A DNA stretch of 62,534 nt, filler included, from Choristocarpus tenellus KU-1152 (lineage: Eukaryota; Protista; Phaeophyceae), in the NCBI GenBank assembly GCA_964200185.2. It is 12 parts of 12 records of this genome, joined end to end, with 100 filler letters (N's around TTAATTAATTAA, not from the genome) between each part and the next. Parts side by side here need not be neighbours in the genome. Positions count along the whole stretch, not along the records: positions 37,828 to 46,416 come from CAXNAD020004558.1; positions 46,517 to 50,978 come from CAXNAD020014434.1; positions 51,079 to 57,496 come from CAXNAD020008185.1; 9 more parts are not named here. One strand, 5' to 3'. Position numbers and translations under genes: made by a program. The notes under the pieces were generated by a model that was not told the DNA's origin, did not search any database, and saw only the letters and a list, made by a program, of their open reading frames with translations. Positions within the stretch are counted from its first letter, which is position 1. Every line of letters begins with the position of its first letter. This document shows, piece after piece, positions 39,600 through 51,876 of the stretch.

Positions 39600-40850
39600 G
39601 CAAGGGAATCGTCACGATAACATCTGGACAGATTTGACAGAGGGGATTTTGGCCAGGGCACCCCTCCAAAGAGGAGACAACCAATTGATACACAATTCGC
39701 TCCTCAGAAGAGGTTGACCAGTGGCACTTTCATCGTAGTTGCAGAGTCACACAACTCGTGTACAATATCACTTATGAAAATAGGGGTCAGAATAATGAGA
39801 AGGGAGGACACCCAGACGTCGCAACCACAAGAAGATTGGACCATCGCGTGAAAAAGATTTGGCCAAACAATGTTTTTGTCACACCTCTTCAATCAATCTC
39901 CAGTAATATGGTATCTTTAGGTATCTAGCGAAGCGTTGACTTGGATATATCTAAAGATCGTATCAGTCAAATATCCTCTTTTTGAACAAATCCCGTACAA
40001 AAACAAATACTTGACCTACATACACAAAATCCTCAACCAGAGGGATCTGAACGCAACCAAATGTATATTGATTGCTTGAGTAAAGCATATTTAGTATTGT
40101 CTAAGATAGTGTTGTTGTTACAGGCGTGTAGGGGGTGTATTTCTTCCTACACTTTAACCAGCGCGAGCAGTGTACACGTGTGGGGAACTCCGATTTGTTA
40201 AATAGCTGCAGAATAAAATCTGTAACTCGGAGAAAGTCGCAAGTGTCCCCCAGATGGAAAGTTCGCAAAGGGTTCTCAGATATATTCCAATATTTGTAAA
40301 CCAAAGAAGCCCCAATGATAAATGATGATTAGAGATCCTAAAAACGACTCCGAATGCCTCTGGTCGAGTTAGAGCCACAGAGATCACTTTTGCTGATACC
40401 ATACACATTATTTTTCATATGCTGACTGATTCACTAAAGATACCCCTGTTCTTCTCATCTGACGTTCAACCTGTGGATTGGACTCATTTGTCTGTGAGAG
40501 CATCCTGGGAGCCTTGTACGAGTATAGGCGCCATTTATAGGTCTATGGATTGGAGCTATACATCTGGTGAAGAGGTATGCTTCGGGAGGATGCCTGTAAC
40601 ATGGAGGTCCTACCGCCTCTCTTCAGACTAGAGAGATTACTCGGCATTCACCTCGGCACTTGGGATTATTGGAAGCTCCCTACAATAGCCTGGGTTTTTC
40701 TTTTTCTCCTACACTTCGTTTTGTGGTCTCCGTGCATGGTTTTGGGGATGCTTTCACCATCTACGGGACTCTCTTCTGTTTAGTATCGTCGTCTCCTTGG
40801 GTTGTCTTGGAGCGCTTACATCACCTCCTAACTTAGAGGAAGGTCCTGGG
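39600..40850 (-). mobile_element. Decayed Gypsy-like RNase H - integrase relic
   Basis: Minus-strand fragments (QAIVG, DAL, FTRW) resemble RNase H and integrase motifs in pol order; homologous to 27.5 kb. Confidence 0.45.
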
Positions 40851-41019
40851 CGATGACATCTGTCACTCCAAGGGAGGTATCATACATTTCTAGTCACACA
40901 CGAGTGGTCCCTGACTGCCATGGTAAAGACGTTACTTACGTTGTCATTTTCCGCCATTCATACACTCACATTCCCGATCTGTTTTTCGTGTGTCATGTCA
41001 ATTTTTTATTCCCCAGTTT

Positions 41020-43250
41020 ACAGACATGCCTGGCTCACAGTATTCGCAGCAAGTCAAGGTTGTCGCCAACCTGCAGAATTTCCAAAGAATCGATGACTCA
41101 GCGAGATCCCGGTCCCGTACCACACCTCGAAGGACTTCCGGGTGCAACCGTGGCCGCTCTGCTGAACTCCGTAGCAGCCGCAGAGAATGCATTCGTTTTC
41201 AATCTTCCACTTGTGACAGATCTCACCCCAGGCCAAGATCTCAGGATAGGCACTCCCATTGAGATGAGCGGAGGACCAGAGAAGAGCACAGAGGCCGCAC
41301 CCGTTCACCTGGACGCCACCATCGGACCAGGGACCCTTCTCTAAACAGGTCTGTATCACCAAGGTTATCTCTGAGTAATAGCCTGAGTACGGTACGTCAG
41401 TCCAAAGAAGTTGAAGTACAGTTGCAACCAGGAATTCATGAGTTACATACACGAGCTGATTCGAATGAGTCACAATTCAGTAGACAGCAGGAGGACAGAA
41501 CATCTCGCAACCTTGACTATCGACCGTACACAGTAGATTCACGGATGCCTCATGTCTGCGACGCAATTTTCTTTTGGAGGTATATAGGTGAAAACCGACT
41601 CATTGATCTATGTGAACGAGCTCTCCCCATTCTTCCTCCCAATGTTACAGATCAGATTGTAGTACAGTCAACGGCATTTTCATTTCGTAAGGAGATTCGA
41701 AATCAAATTCGCTCACCGGCAATTTCTCAGAATAATCCTTTGGGAGTTGAAATGCTACAGCGGGGAATTAAAGCAGAACGAATCTTCGACGATCTAGTCG
41801 AAGAATTGTCCAATCGTAGCGACCAGTTCGCATTTGTTCCAACCAATTAAAATGCTGCAAAATCTGCGTCGTACAAGGATAAGACACCCACCGCTTTAGG
41901 TAGCATGGCTAATGCTCGTGCTATGTTTGCAAGGATGTCTGACCCTTTATCTGCCCCAGTTGACTGTACGATCGGCAGACAGGAACTAGGACTGTCCTAC
42001 CATAGCAGGATATCCTTGCCAAGCGAAGTGCTAAGCCAGAACCCACCGCCACACCAAGAGGTGGTCAACAGTGTGCTGGCGGCCCTCGTGCAGATGCTCC
42101 AACCTGTTTTGTCCCAAATTCCCCCACCCACCGTCTGTGTTGCCTTGACAAACCAGCCCGCTTCTGTTCCTCGGAAACACAGAACCTCGTTCATCCCTAA
42201 GAGCAATGCATCCACGCCCGTTCAAGCAGTAACACCCATCGCCCAGTCTGCACGTTGATCCACGTCTTCTTTAGCCACAGACAGAACAAGTAACGTAGGT
42301 CGACATCATTCGGGTAAGGATTTACCTTCACCATCGACTTCCCAAGATGAGTTTGTCGAATGACTCAAGACACACCAAGTTTGCTTCCATCACGCTTTTG
42401 GCCGAGACTGCTTCAAGTCTATTAGCCACAGGTGCAGGTATACCCACGACGACTACATAGTACCTAAGAGCTACTTCACATACCTATCCTAAGGCAAGCA
42501 AAGGGCTACCCCAGGGCACGAGCCACGCACGATGGTAGCCTTGACACAGACTTCCATCTGTATTATCTCGCCGCAATGCAAGACTTTGAGTTTCCACCAC
42601 TAACTGCAAGCAGTCCGACCGATATTGAAGCGTCAGTGTTGCCCTGAAGGTGCGCCCTGGAGCCTTCAGCTCTAGGGTACTTAGCTACTGTAGCCATAAG
42701 AAGCGTGACCCCCACACCCACTTTGACAATATTCACTATGTCACACGCCCAACGAACTAGTCAAGTATGGATATCAGCGCTGTTGTGGCACCCTCGCAAA
42801 GTCCGCTCACGAACGCCTATACAGATACTCCTTGACACAGGTGCAGGAGGTGGGAACTACATATTTCGTCTGCATTTTGGCGCGCTGTCGAGTGTCTGGT
42901 TGGTGTGCTTTGAAATCTCATCGAGGAAGTACATATACTCTTTTTTTTTTTTTGAACCAATCGGACTTGAATCTAGCCACGAGCGATTTGAACTTTAGAT
43001 TCAAGAGCACCAAGAACTATACTTTAGAAAGTATTTTTCTCTTTCAGCATTATCTTTTTAAATGTTATGTAAGGACAGTACTACCCTCTGGGGAGGTAGC
43101 ACTGGCCTACTACACCTCAACCGGGAAGGGCACACAACGGTCCTTTCAGATGCTTCGGCTGCAATCGACATCTCACGCATCACAGGAAAGCTCTTACAGG
43201 ACCCTCACAACGACGTAAGCACAACCGAGTATGTCCATATGTAGGTAAGG
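41020..43250 (+). mobile_element. Decayed retroelement gag (CCCH finger) + aspartic protease, copy 1
   Basis: Gag-like ORF pieces 41422-41850 and 41905-42258; C-x8-C-x7-C-x3-H at 42382-42447; protease IQILLDTGAGGGNYI at ~42819-42863. Confidence 0.75.
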
Positions 43251-43379
43251 GAATACACCCTTTTCGGATGAACAGCCGAAAATCGCGGTAAAGGTTGCCA
43301 TGATTTTTTTTTTTCTTTAAAAAAAAGAGGAGAGGTGCGACACGAAAGGCTGCGGCAATAGCCTAGTTTAGCACTATCA

Positions 43380-44700
43380 AGCGGTGTATACGGTAGACTT
43401 GCGGATGCCTCATATATATGAAACTTTCTTTTTTGGGAGGGATATATAGGTGAAGATCAACTCATTGATTTGTGCCAAAGAGCCCAACTCTCCTACCCAA
43501 TGCCCAACCCAAATCAAATTTCCTTCTATTCTATATATATTCAATATATTGCATATTTACTTTAAAGATTAGAAACCAGATTCACCCACTTGGAATTTCG
43601 TAGAGTAATCGTTTGGAGGACCAAATGGCAAACCGTCGAATTAAACCAGAACAGACTATTGTTGATAAGGAGAGGACTCGTACTCCTTTATGTAAATGGT
43701 AGATGTCCGTGCTATGTTTACTAGCTAGCATGTTACACCCTTCCGCTACCTCAGCCGAAAGCCCCGATCGTCAGGCAGAAACTGGGACTATACCACCACA
43801 ATAGGACGTCCATGCACGAATAGGTATCAAGCCAAACTTCACTGTTATACGGAGAGGTTGTCAACCATGTACTGGCAGCACTTGCACCAATTCTTCAACC
43901 TGTGTTAACCCAGAACTCCTAGCCCGCTGTCTGTAGTGCCTTAAATTCTCAACCTTTCTCTGTTCCCGGCAAACACGGTACCTCGTTTGCTCAAAATAAG
44001 AAAAGAAAGCAATGCATCAAAACCCGTTCGACCTGTCACATTCGTTCCCCAATCTGTGCTTTGATCCCCACCTGCTTTAGCCTCAAACAGGGCGAACGAT
44101 AGAAGTGGGCACGATTTGGGCAAAGGCTTACCTCCATCTTCTACCTCCACAAGACAAAGTCGATATATGACTAAAGGCACACCGAGTTTGCTTTCATCAT
44201 GCCAATAGTCAAGACTGCTTCAGGTCTATAACTGACGAGTGCAGGCATACATGAGACGACCCCTTAGTTCCCAGAGGAATCCTCTCATACCTTTTCGGGA
44301 ACCCATCGAGGACCTCCAGGTACTCAATCAACTGCAGTGTCGAGTACAATGGTAGCCTTAATAGATACACGTCTGCAGTATGTAGCAGCGATGCAAGACT
44401 CGAAATTCACTCCACTATCCGCGAGAACCCCAACCGTTTTGGAAGCTGCAGAGTCGTCTTGAAGTTGCGCCATGGAGTCTGAAGCCCCAGCGATCCATGT
44501 CATTCCAACTATAGACATAAGACTTTCATTCCCACCTCGACAATATTCGCCATGACACCAACCATTGTACTGGTCAAGTATCGACGTATGCCCTGATATA
44601 CACTCATGCAGAGTCCACCCGAGAATGTATGTCCAGGTACTCCCTGACACAGGTGCAGAAGGAGAAATTACATCTCATCCATTTTTGAACAACATTAAAG
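43380..44700 (+). mobile_element. Second, more decayed tandem copy of the CCCH-gag/protease element
   Basis: Colinear similarity to 41520-42870 (CGGATGCCTCAT..., TATATAGGTGAA, CAGACTGCTTC-like, CTGACACAGGTGCAG = PDTGA). Confidence 0.75.
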
Positions 44701-46523
44701 AATACTGTCATTTAGAGAAGATCAAGGATTCCAACCACCTCCATTGTCACCATGGGTACCTTTTGTCAGGATTCCAACATCCAGACCGAGTAGTAACAAT
44801 ACACCTTAGCAAATAGTATTGTAGTAAAAAGGAAAGTTCTAAGGTGGATGGTTGTTAGACTAGGTAACAAAATAAAAGTAATGAACAGCTTTACCTTACT
44901 ACAGTTGGATATTTATCATACCTTCTAGAACCTGCACAATCCTATCATATGACCATGCCCAACTAATGTTCCCACCCAAGAACAAATCTTGCCCCGAGAG
45001 GATGTGTTACGTCTCTTCCCTCTAGGTACTAGTGTCAAACACTGTGGAGAGATGAAAGCAGAAGAGACATGTAGGACATAGGGTTCAGTTTTGACTTCAA
45101 GTCACTCTACTGGAGGGTACGGTTGAAGGATGGAGGCAAAGAGGAACTCAACAGGAGAGAGATGAGTGCCTCCTCCAGAAAACCTCCCAGCAGGTAAAAA
45201 CTGTATGCCTGAAGAACAAGGTGAGGTTCAGCCGATGCATGCTAGAACAAGAGGATAAAACAGTGATAATCATGGCCACTGGAAAGGCTATGAGACAACA
45301 GAAGTTGGAATGAAGAAGCTACCCACATTAGAGCATCCAGTAATATATATATATATATTGGTTGAATAGCCTGAAGTCTTATATTATATAGAGAGATACA
45401 CCCAACTCATTACTTTTTTATCTTCCTCATTTCTATCTTACAACTCTCTGTCATCTTGAAATTTATATTTTTTATATACATATATTTTCTTTATCTCATA
45501 CTTTTGTTCATTTCAAATTTAACTATTTATTTTTAGTTCCCATCCCACCATCCTCTAATATTTCATTTCATTTTTTTCTTTTATAGTTGTAACTCTCGTA
45601 ATTTACTTATTTTTTTCTCTTTCATAATTGCTACTCTCGTCAAAAAAAAATCTCCTTGTTTTTCATTTTTTTTATTCAGTGTCCACTTCTGTTAACCTCA
45701 TCATTCACCGATTATTTTTCTTGCCTATTTATCACTCCTTAGTTTTTATTACTATTCTCCCCCTTTCCTCTCTCTTTAATCCTCCCTTCTATTTTATATA
45801 TATTTTATTACTATTTGTTGCTCTCATTGACCCTTCTTTATTTTTGTATTATTATTATCTATTTATTTTTCTCAGTGCCTGTTTTGCCTAGTAGCAGCCT
45901 TGAGTATGCTCTGTGCTTGGGGGCATAGGACAGGGAATAACCAGATGTCGAGTAGGTCATCAATAATGTAAGTCTAATCCTTACTTTGATCTACCGTCAA
46001 TTCTTTCTTTTCTGTCCCTTGTCTCCTTTATTTATTTTTGGTACTGATGTTGATGTTACGGATTATTCGTTGAGTAACACACATCATCATCCTCGATCCT
46101 CATTCTTGGAACTGTGGACACAAGGGAAATGAAGGATAGAAAGCAAGAGAAATGTAAATGAGAGAAAATGAGAAGAGATGATGCAGAAAGAAGGGATAAA
46201 ATATAGAAGAATGGACCACAATGGGTCAGTAGAGATATCAAAACAGCGTAAAGCATCATATATATAAGAAGCATGTTTCCATTATTATTATCACTTTGGC
46301 GAATACTAGTGATACTCTATATTGTACAAACTATTAAAGCAAACTATTTTCTGTAGACAAGTCTAAATAACTCCAACCTCTATAAAGAGTTCAGCATACT
46401 AAAAAGCTTGACAATCNNNNNNNNNNNNNNNNNNNNNNNNNNNNNNNNNNNNNNNNNNNNTTAATTAATTAANNNNNNNNNNNNNNNNNNNNNNNNNNNN
46501 NNNNNNNNNNNNNNNNGGGGGGG

Positions 46524-46555
<32 letters not shown>

Positions 46556-47489
46556 AGGATGGGGTCTGGGGACAGTCCCTCCTGACAACCTGAGCGGCGT
46601 GGTGCATTTGATGCCCTTGCGTCTCAGTAGTGAAGAGAGGTAATTGTCTCTGCTTGTTGTGGTGAGAACAACCATTCACTCGTCGAGTGCTGCGTCATCT
46701 CTCATAGGTTGGAGTTCCTACAAGTTTCAAATGCTGCACTGTCCCATGTTCTGTCACCCTGTAGCCCTTGGTCTATTTGCTGTATGTGGTGGGGTGTGCC
46801 AGGCGCTGATCCCCCCTCAGCCTTGAAAATGCCTGCCTTCAAGTTGAAAGTGTGAAGTTGAACTATTAATGACATGCTGCAGCAAGTGTGTCGAGCAGAT
46901 AATCCTCCCTTAAGAACAGCCTCTCATGTGCTGAAAGAAACGAACCCCTCTCTGCAACCTGCAGGACCCTGATGCAGGTGGTGCATAGCGCCCTCCCCTT
47001 TTTTGCAAGCAGCAGTGATACATATGACGAGGGCGGTGGACGGCTGGTGTTGAGCTGCAATCTGCAGTGAGAAGGGGGGAAGGGGAGAGGATAGGAGTTA
47101 GTAAGGGTGTGCAAAGAAGAACAAGGCTGGATGGGGACTGAATGGCAGTGGGGAATAGGCACAAACACAATATTTTCAATGAACGGAGCTACTCACTCTT
47201 CCCAAGAGAAGATACATGCTTTCTCCTTCCTACTCTCTCCCCTCAATGCTACCTCTGTATGCCCCACCTGCACCACGTGCCTGTATCTGCTCTGACTCCC
47301 TCAACCCCAGGAGCTTGTCAAGTGTCTTTAAAGCTTCCAAGAATCTCTTGCCTCAAAGGACACTCCGTATGGCCAATTCCAACTTAAGAGTGGAGACCAT
47401 GGCTGGAAAGGTAGGGGTCGAGGGTGGAAGGAGATGGGAGGTGCAGGGTTTGGGGGTGGGGGGTGGGAGGTGGGAAAGGGGTCAAGGTT

Positions 47490-47914
47490 CTTTGGTAGCG
47501 GATGTAATGGGAAATATCCAGGAGAAGGTGATTTGGCGTGGGGGGGCACAACAAGAGGAGTAAGGCGTACAGGATGTCCATTCCAGCGTGAGAATGGAGT
47601 GTCCTGGGGCAGGAGCAAGAGCCATGCCAGGGATTGAAGTGCAGCAGGGATCAGCATTAGAGGTCAAGACTGCTGGACACCGGAAAAGACAGAGCACCTT
47701 AATTTTCTCCCCGCTTGTGTGAGGTCAACTCCAGTCTCGACCTCTTGTGCTGATACCTTTTCCACTTCCAGTCCTGGCATGGTCCTTGCCCCTGCCCCAA
47801 AACACTCCCATTCCCATGCTGATGTTGACACCTCATGCGCCATGCTCACACCATTATGCCCTCCCCTGCCAGATTACATTCTCCTGTGATATTTCTGTGA
47901 CAACCGCTACAAAG
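47490..47914. repeat. Long imperfect inverted repeat (~150-bp arms, ~120-bp spacer)
   Basis: 47490-47642 aligns to the reverse complement of 47762-47914 (GTAGCGG...GAAATATC.CAGGAGAA...GGGGCAGG.GCAAG..CCATGCCAGG...GAAGTG). Confidence 0.8.
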
Positions 47915-48291
47915 CCTCCATCCCCTCTGTCACTTCAGGACAATGCTCAAGGAAATTTTCTCCGTAATATCTCGCTGTCTAGACAATATTTTGTTTATTA
48001 TATGACCCAAAGGCTAATTTGTCCAAGGTTTGCACTTTTTATTACGGGGTACTCAGAGGACTGGACTAGTCATCTAAATTGAGTTAAATATATTTTTTAT
48101 ACTATGATGAAGTTTACACCTGCTTGGTTGTCTCCCAAGACCTTTGATAGTGTATGGGTGATGTGATCCGCTTGTGCCTTGGGCACTCTTTATTTATGGT
48201 ACAACGTTGACAGTTAAAGGCCTCCGAATCACTTATCTGATCAAACATTGATGCAAGGTAAAGCGTTTCCTTCTTGGATGTGGAACGTGCT

Positions 48292-48555
48292 GAGTCAAAG
48301 CATATGAGAGAGAGGTAAACAGGTTCTAGCCGATTAGCATTTTAAGTCCGTTCTTCAATATTTTGCAATTCACCCGTATTTCTATGGGTGGAGTTCTAAG
48401 TTTCACTTGAGAGCGTGTATTTCTCTATTGTTTAACACGTTTCCGGCACAATCCACAAAAAAAAATCTATACACATTTGAAAAAAAAGTTGAATTTGCAC
48501 TTATTTGTCAACATCCTTGAAATGCAACTCTGGTACCTCTCGTTTACTTTGACTC
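48292..48555. mobile_element. MITE family C, complete
   Basis: GAGTCAAAG...GAGAGGTA / TACCTCTCGTTTACTTTGACTC; 4-bp duplication TGCT. Confidence 0.85.
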
Positions 48556-50683
48556 TGCTGTGGAATAACCCCACCCCCCTGTGCCTTCTGTGTTTAGTGT
48601 CTGTTGCCTTGCCTTGTGCTTCTACTCCAGTACGATCTGTACTTGCTTGGAGTTTATTTCTGTAACCTCCGTCCCTGCATTTGTGTCAGATGTCTCTCCT
48701 CCCCAATCCTCATCTCTGACTGTGCAATCTGCTGCAACTCTCCACCCCCGGGGCTTGCAACCATTTCCTACGGCCTCATTAGGAGTGTTTGGCCACGGAT
48801 GCCTTTGAGGCATTCAGGAGATGGAAAGTGGCAAACCCGAGTAGGGAATCGGGACTATATGCAAAGATGGTGCGTTTTCATTAACCACACAAGAATTGGG
48901 GTGGGGGGAGTTTGTTCTAATTGCAGCAACTTGTACCTCTTGCACCTCTAGCACTTTTTGTGAAATCGATCTTTCCCTGGCAAATGTTGTTCTTTTTGTT
49001 TGGAAATCTAATTGTCCATTGATTAATGTGCGTGAGGGACAGATTCAAATAGTGTTTATCTGTTGGGTGTACATGTTGTTATGTGTAATAGACACAGTAG
49101 TGCAGCAGGGCTTGTTTCTTGCTACTCCATGGTGCCAGTCTCTAGTGCTTTGACATGCTACATACAGTCCATACAGTCTATGCTATGTCAAGCGGCTTGG
49201 AGGGGATCTGCAAACATGGACAGAAATGTGCCCTCTTTCTGCATTGGAGAGAATCTGATGTTATACCTGTATTGAACGGCAATTGATAGAGTTGTATGGA
49301 CTAGAAATTGTGAACTCCCGAGTCTCGGAACCTGAAGAAATCAAAACACAAGAGCCGTATCAGTTCATCGTTCTCTTTAGTGTTTTTACAATGTGCTCCA
49401 ATTTCAACTGTTCTGTGGTGCCACTGGATGTTTTGTAGAGTCTCTGGCAGAGCAGGGACTTGAGAATTTGATATTCCTCAACTCAACAGACTCCAGACAT
49501 GAAGGCTTGGCTAATTGATGATGTTTGGCAAAAGGTGAATCAAGGGTGGGTCTGGTTGGGGGCTAGCGAGAAGATGGCGAGGGCTAGATTTTGGTGATGC
49601 CCAGGCTGAAGTTATTTCTCCCCATGATTGTATTTCGCAACATCACTTTGACAACTACCTATGTAATACTCATGATTCCGTCGGCCAACTCCCCCCTGCC
49701 GTGCTCCTGAGATATTTATGGTGCCCAACCCTCCCCTCCCTACCCCTCTGATTTCCGTATTCCATAGATACACACACTGATGGACTTCCAGTAGAGGGCT
49801 CGCAAACGGGAGGGCTTCTCCTGTGTTGGGAAGATTGTGTGAGTGGGCCCACTGTCGTGTGAAGGGCTGAAATCACGTGGTTTGTGCATGTATATGTATG
49901 GCAATGGTCCTGGGTCTGTTGGACACTTGAGAGTACACTTTGCATGGGTGTGTGGTTCTTGGCAGATTTTGTGTCAGTTTTTCCTCTTCAAAGTCAAGGG
50001 TGATGAACACACCATCTCTGTGAGGGCCAGAGTTTTTGGGCTGGGATGGTAAAGGGGTGGTGGAGTTGTAGATAGTAAGGTGGAGTGCATAGTGTTTTGA
50101 GGCATACCTGGCCGGCCACGCCTACTGTGGACTATTTACTATTTCCCCCCCTGTATATTGGCAACAGGAAGGCTGTGTCTTTCTTTCTCGATGCAAGATG
50201 GGATGGGGTGAGAAGGGTGGGGGGTAGGCTGGTGTGGTTTGAAGCATGTTGTGGTTTCTTGGTAAATGACTGAGGCTACTGACAGTTCAGGACTGGTTAA
50301 TGGCGAGGCATATTATGTTCTGATCTGCACTGTTGAATTATGATGGATTGTCAATCGAGCGCTGTGTCACTTTTGAGCCCTGACCTTGACCCTGTGCCCA
50401 ACTGAATGCGATTGCTTGTTGACCTCATTTCTGGACCGGTTATGCTTCTAAGGAAGATTCTACTCTAGTGCGATAGTGCATTGAGGATCAGGTCAAGCAG
50501 TCACAGAACCTACCCATCAATGCAGTAGAGATTGAGACACAGACAACAATCTCTGTCTCTTGTTCTCTATTTGTCACTTTAGCCAGCTCTGAACCCCTTC
50601 TTTCTGTCTTGTAGTGCCTATCTCACCAACCACTCTCCCGACCCTCGTGCAACTGTTGCTCCTCTTTTTTCTCTTCTCTTCAG

Positions 50684-50813
50684 GAGGGTTGGAGACAAAG
50701 CTTTGCTGTTGGGTCTCGGAGAAATCCTTGAAGACCCTGACATCGTCAAGGCCAGCTCGCCCATCATGCCTTTCCTGGCAGATGGTGCCAATACCCCCAA
50801 GACGCCTGCACAG
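50684..50813 (+). CDS. Candidate internal exon, unknown protein
   Basis: Strong polypyrimidine tract + CAG, GTCAGT donor; RVGDKALLLGLGEILEDPDIVKASSPIMPFLADGANTPKTPAQ. Confidence 0.4.
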
Positions 50814-51876
50814 GTCAGTGTCATCACTACTGTACTTGGTTTTTATTTTCTTGAGTTTGTTGCCACCGGGATGGGAAGGGGGTTGTTGGGCTGGGCAATG
50901 CAGGGGCTAGCGTACATTTTGGGCTCTCAAGTTGGTGCTAGCGGTAGTGGCGGGGGTAGGCTTAGGGGTGGTGGGACCNNNNNNNNNNNNNNNNNNNNNN
51001 NNNNNNNNNNNNNNNNNNNNNNTTAATTAATTAANNNNNNNNNNNNNNNNNNNNNNNNNNNNNNNNNNNNNNNNNNNNCTCCCCTGTCCCCCTCCCCACC
51101 GCCCTCCTCCTTGAACTGTTTGTCAGTGCTTTTTCCCAATCATGGATCACTACATCACACCCTGCATCACAGTAGCAGTTCCATCTTTGTTGTCTCTTGC
51201 TTCTTTGCTATTTGCTTTTGTCGAACTTCCCACCAAAATATTATTTATAGGATCCTCCTCAGCAGGGACCACATTTCCACAATTATTTCTAGAATCCATT
51301 TACAAGTTGAGTCGCGTGTGAACTAAATTGTTTTCAATTCCTTCCCCTCGCCTTTCCCCTCCCATATGTATGACATTGCAAGCTTGTCTACGCCATTTTC
51401 TATTGTCCTTTGTTCTGACACCCTGCTTGTAGTTCCCTCTCTGTGTAGATAATGTAAAGTATTTACATCATTGCATACTACATGAATTGTACCCAAAATA
51501 CTTTCTCACTTGGGGAATCTGGTTTGACCTTGTAAGTTCACGAGATGTCCTTCTCTTCCAACCTCCCAAGACTCAACTCTCAACTCAGGTAAGCCTCTGC
51601 CCTTTACTCAAACCCTACGTTTTTGCAACTCATGCCCCATTCACTGATAGATTCCTACATGAATCTAAGATTCATTTACTTTTGGACATATGTTGGTTCG
51701 TTCATTGCCAAACTGGATGTGTATTTGACTACACTGCGATGGTCTCTCCTCCACACCTCAAATGTAAATATCTTCCTTTCCCTTTCCCTCCCCTCCTTCA
51801 CTGTGTGTTTGGTGCTCCCCTACCCGGTGTCCGCTTCCACATGCCCGTTGTTGTGACTGTTACGTTTTAAAAAAAG

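Noticed and set aside
45340-45900. T-rich 87-aa hydrophobic ORF
   Set aside because: Low-complexity pyrimidine-rich DNA; the hydrophobicity is a compositional artefact
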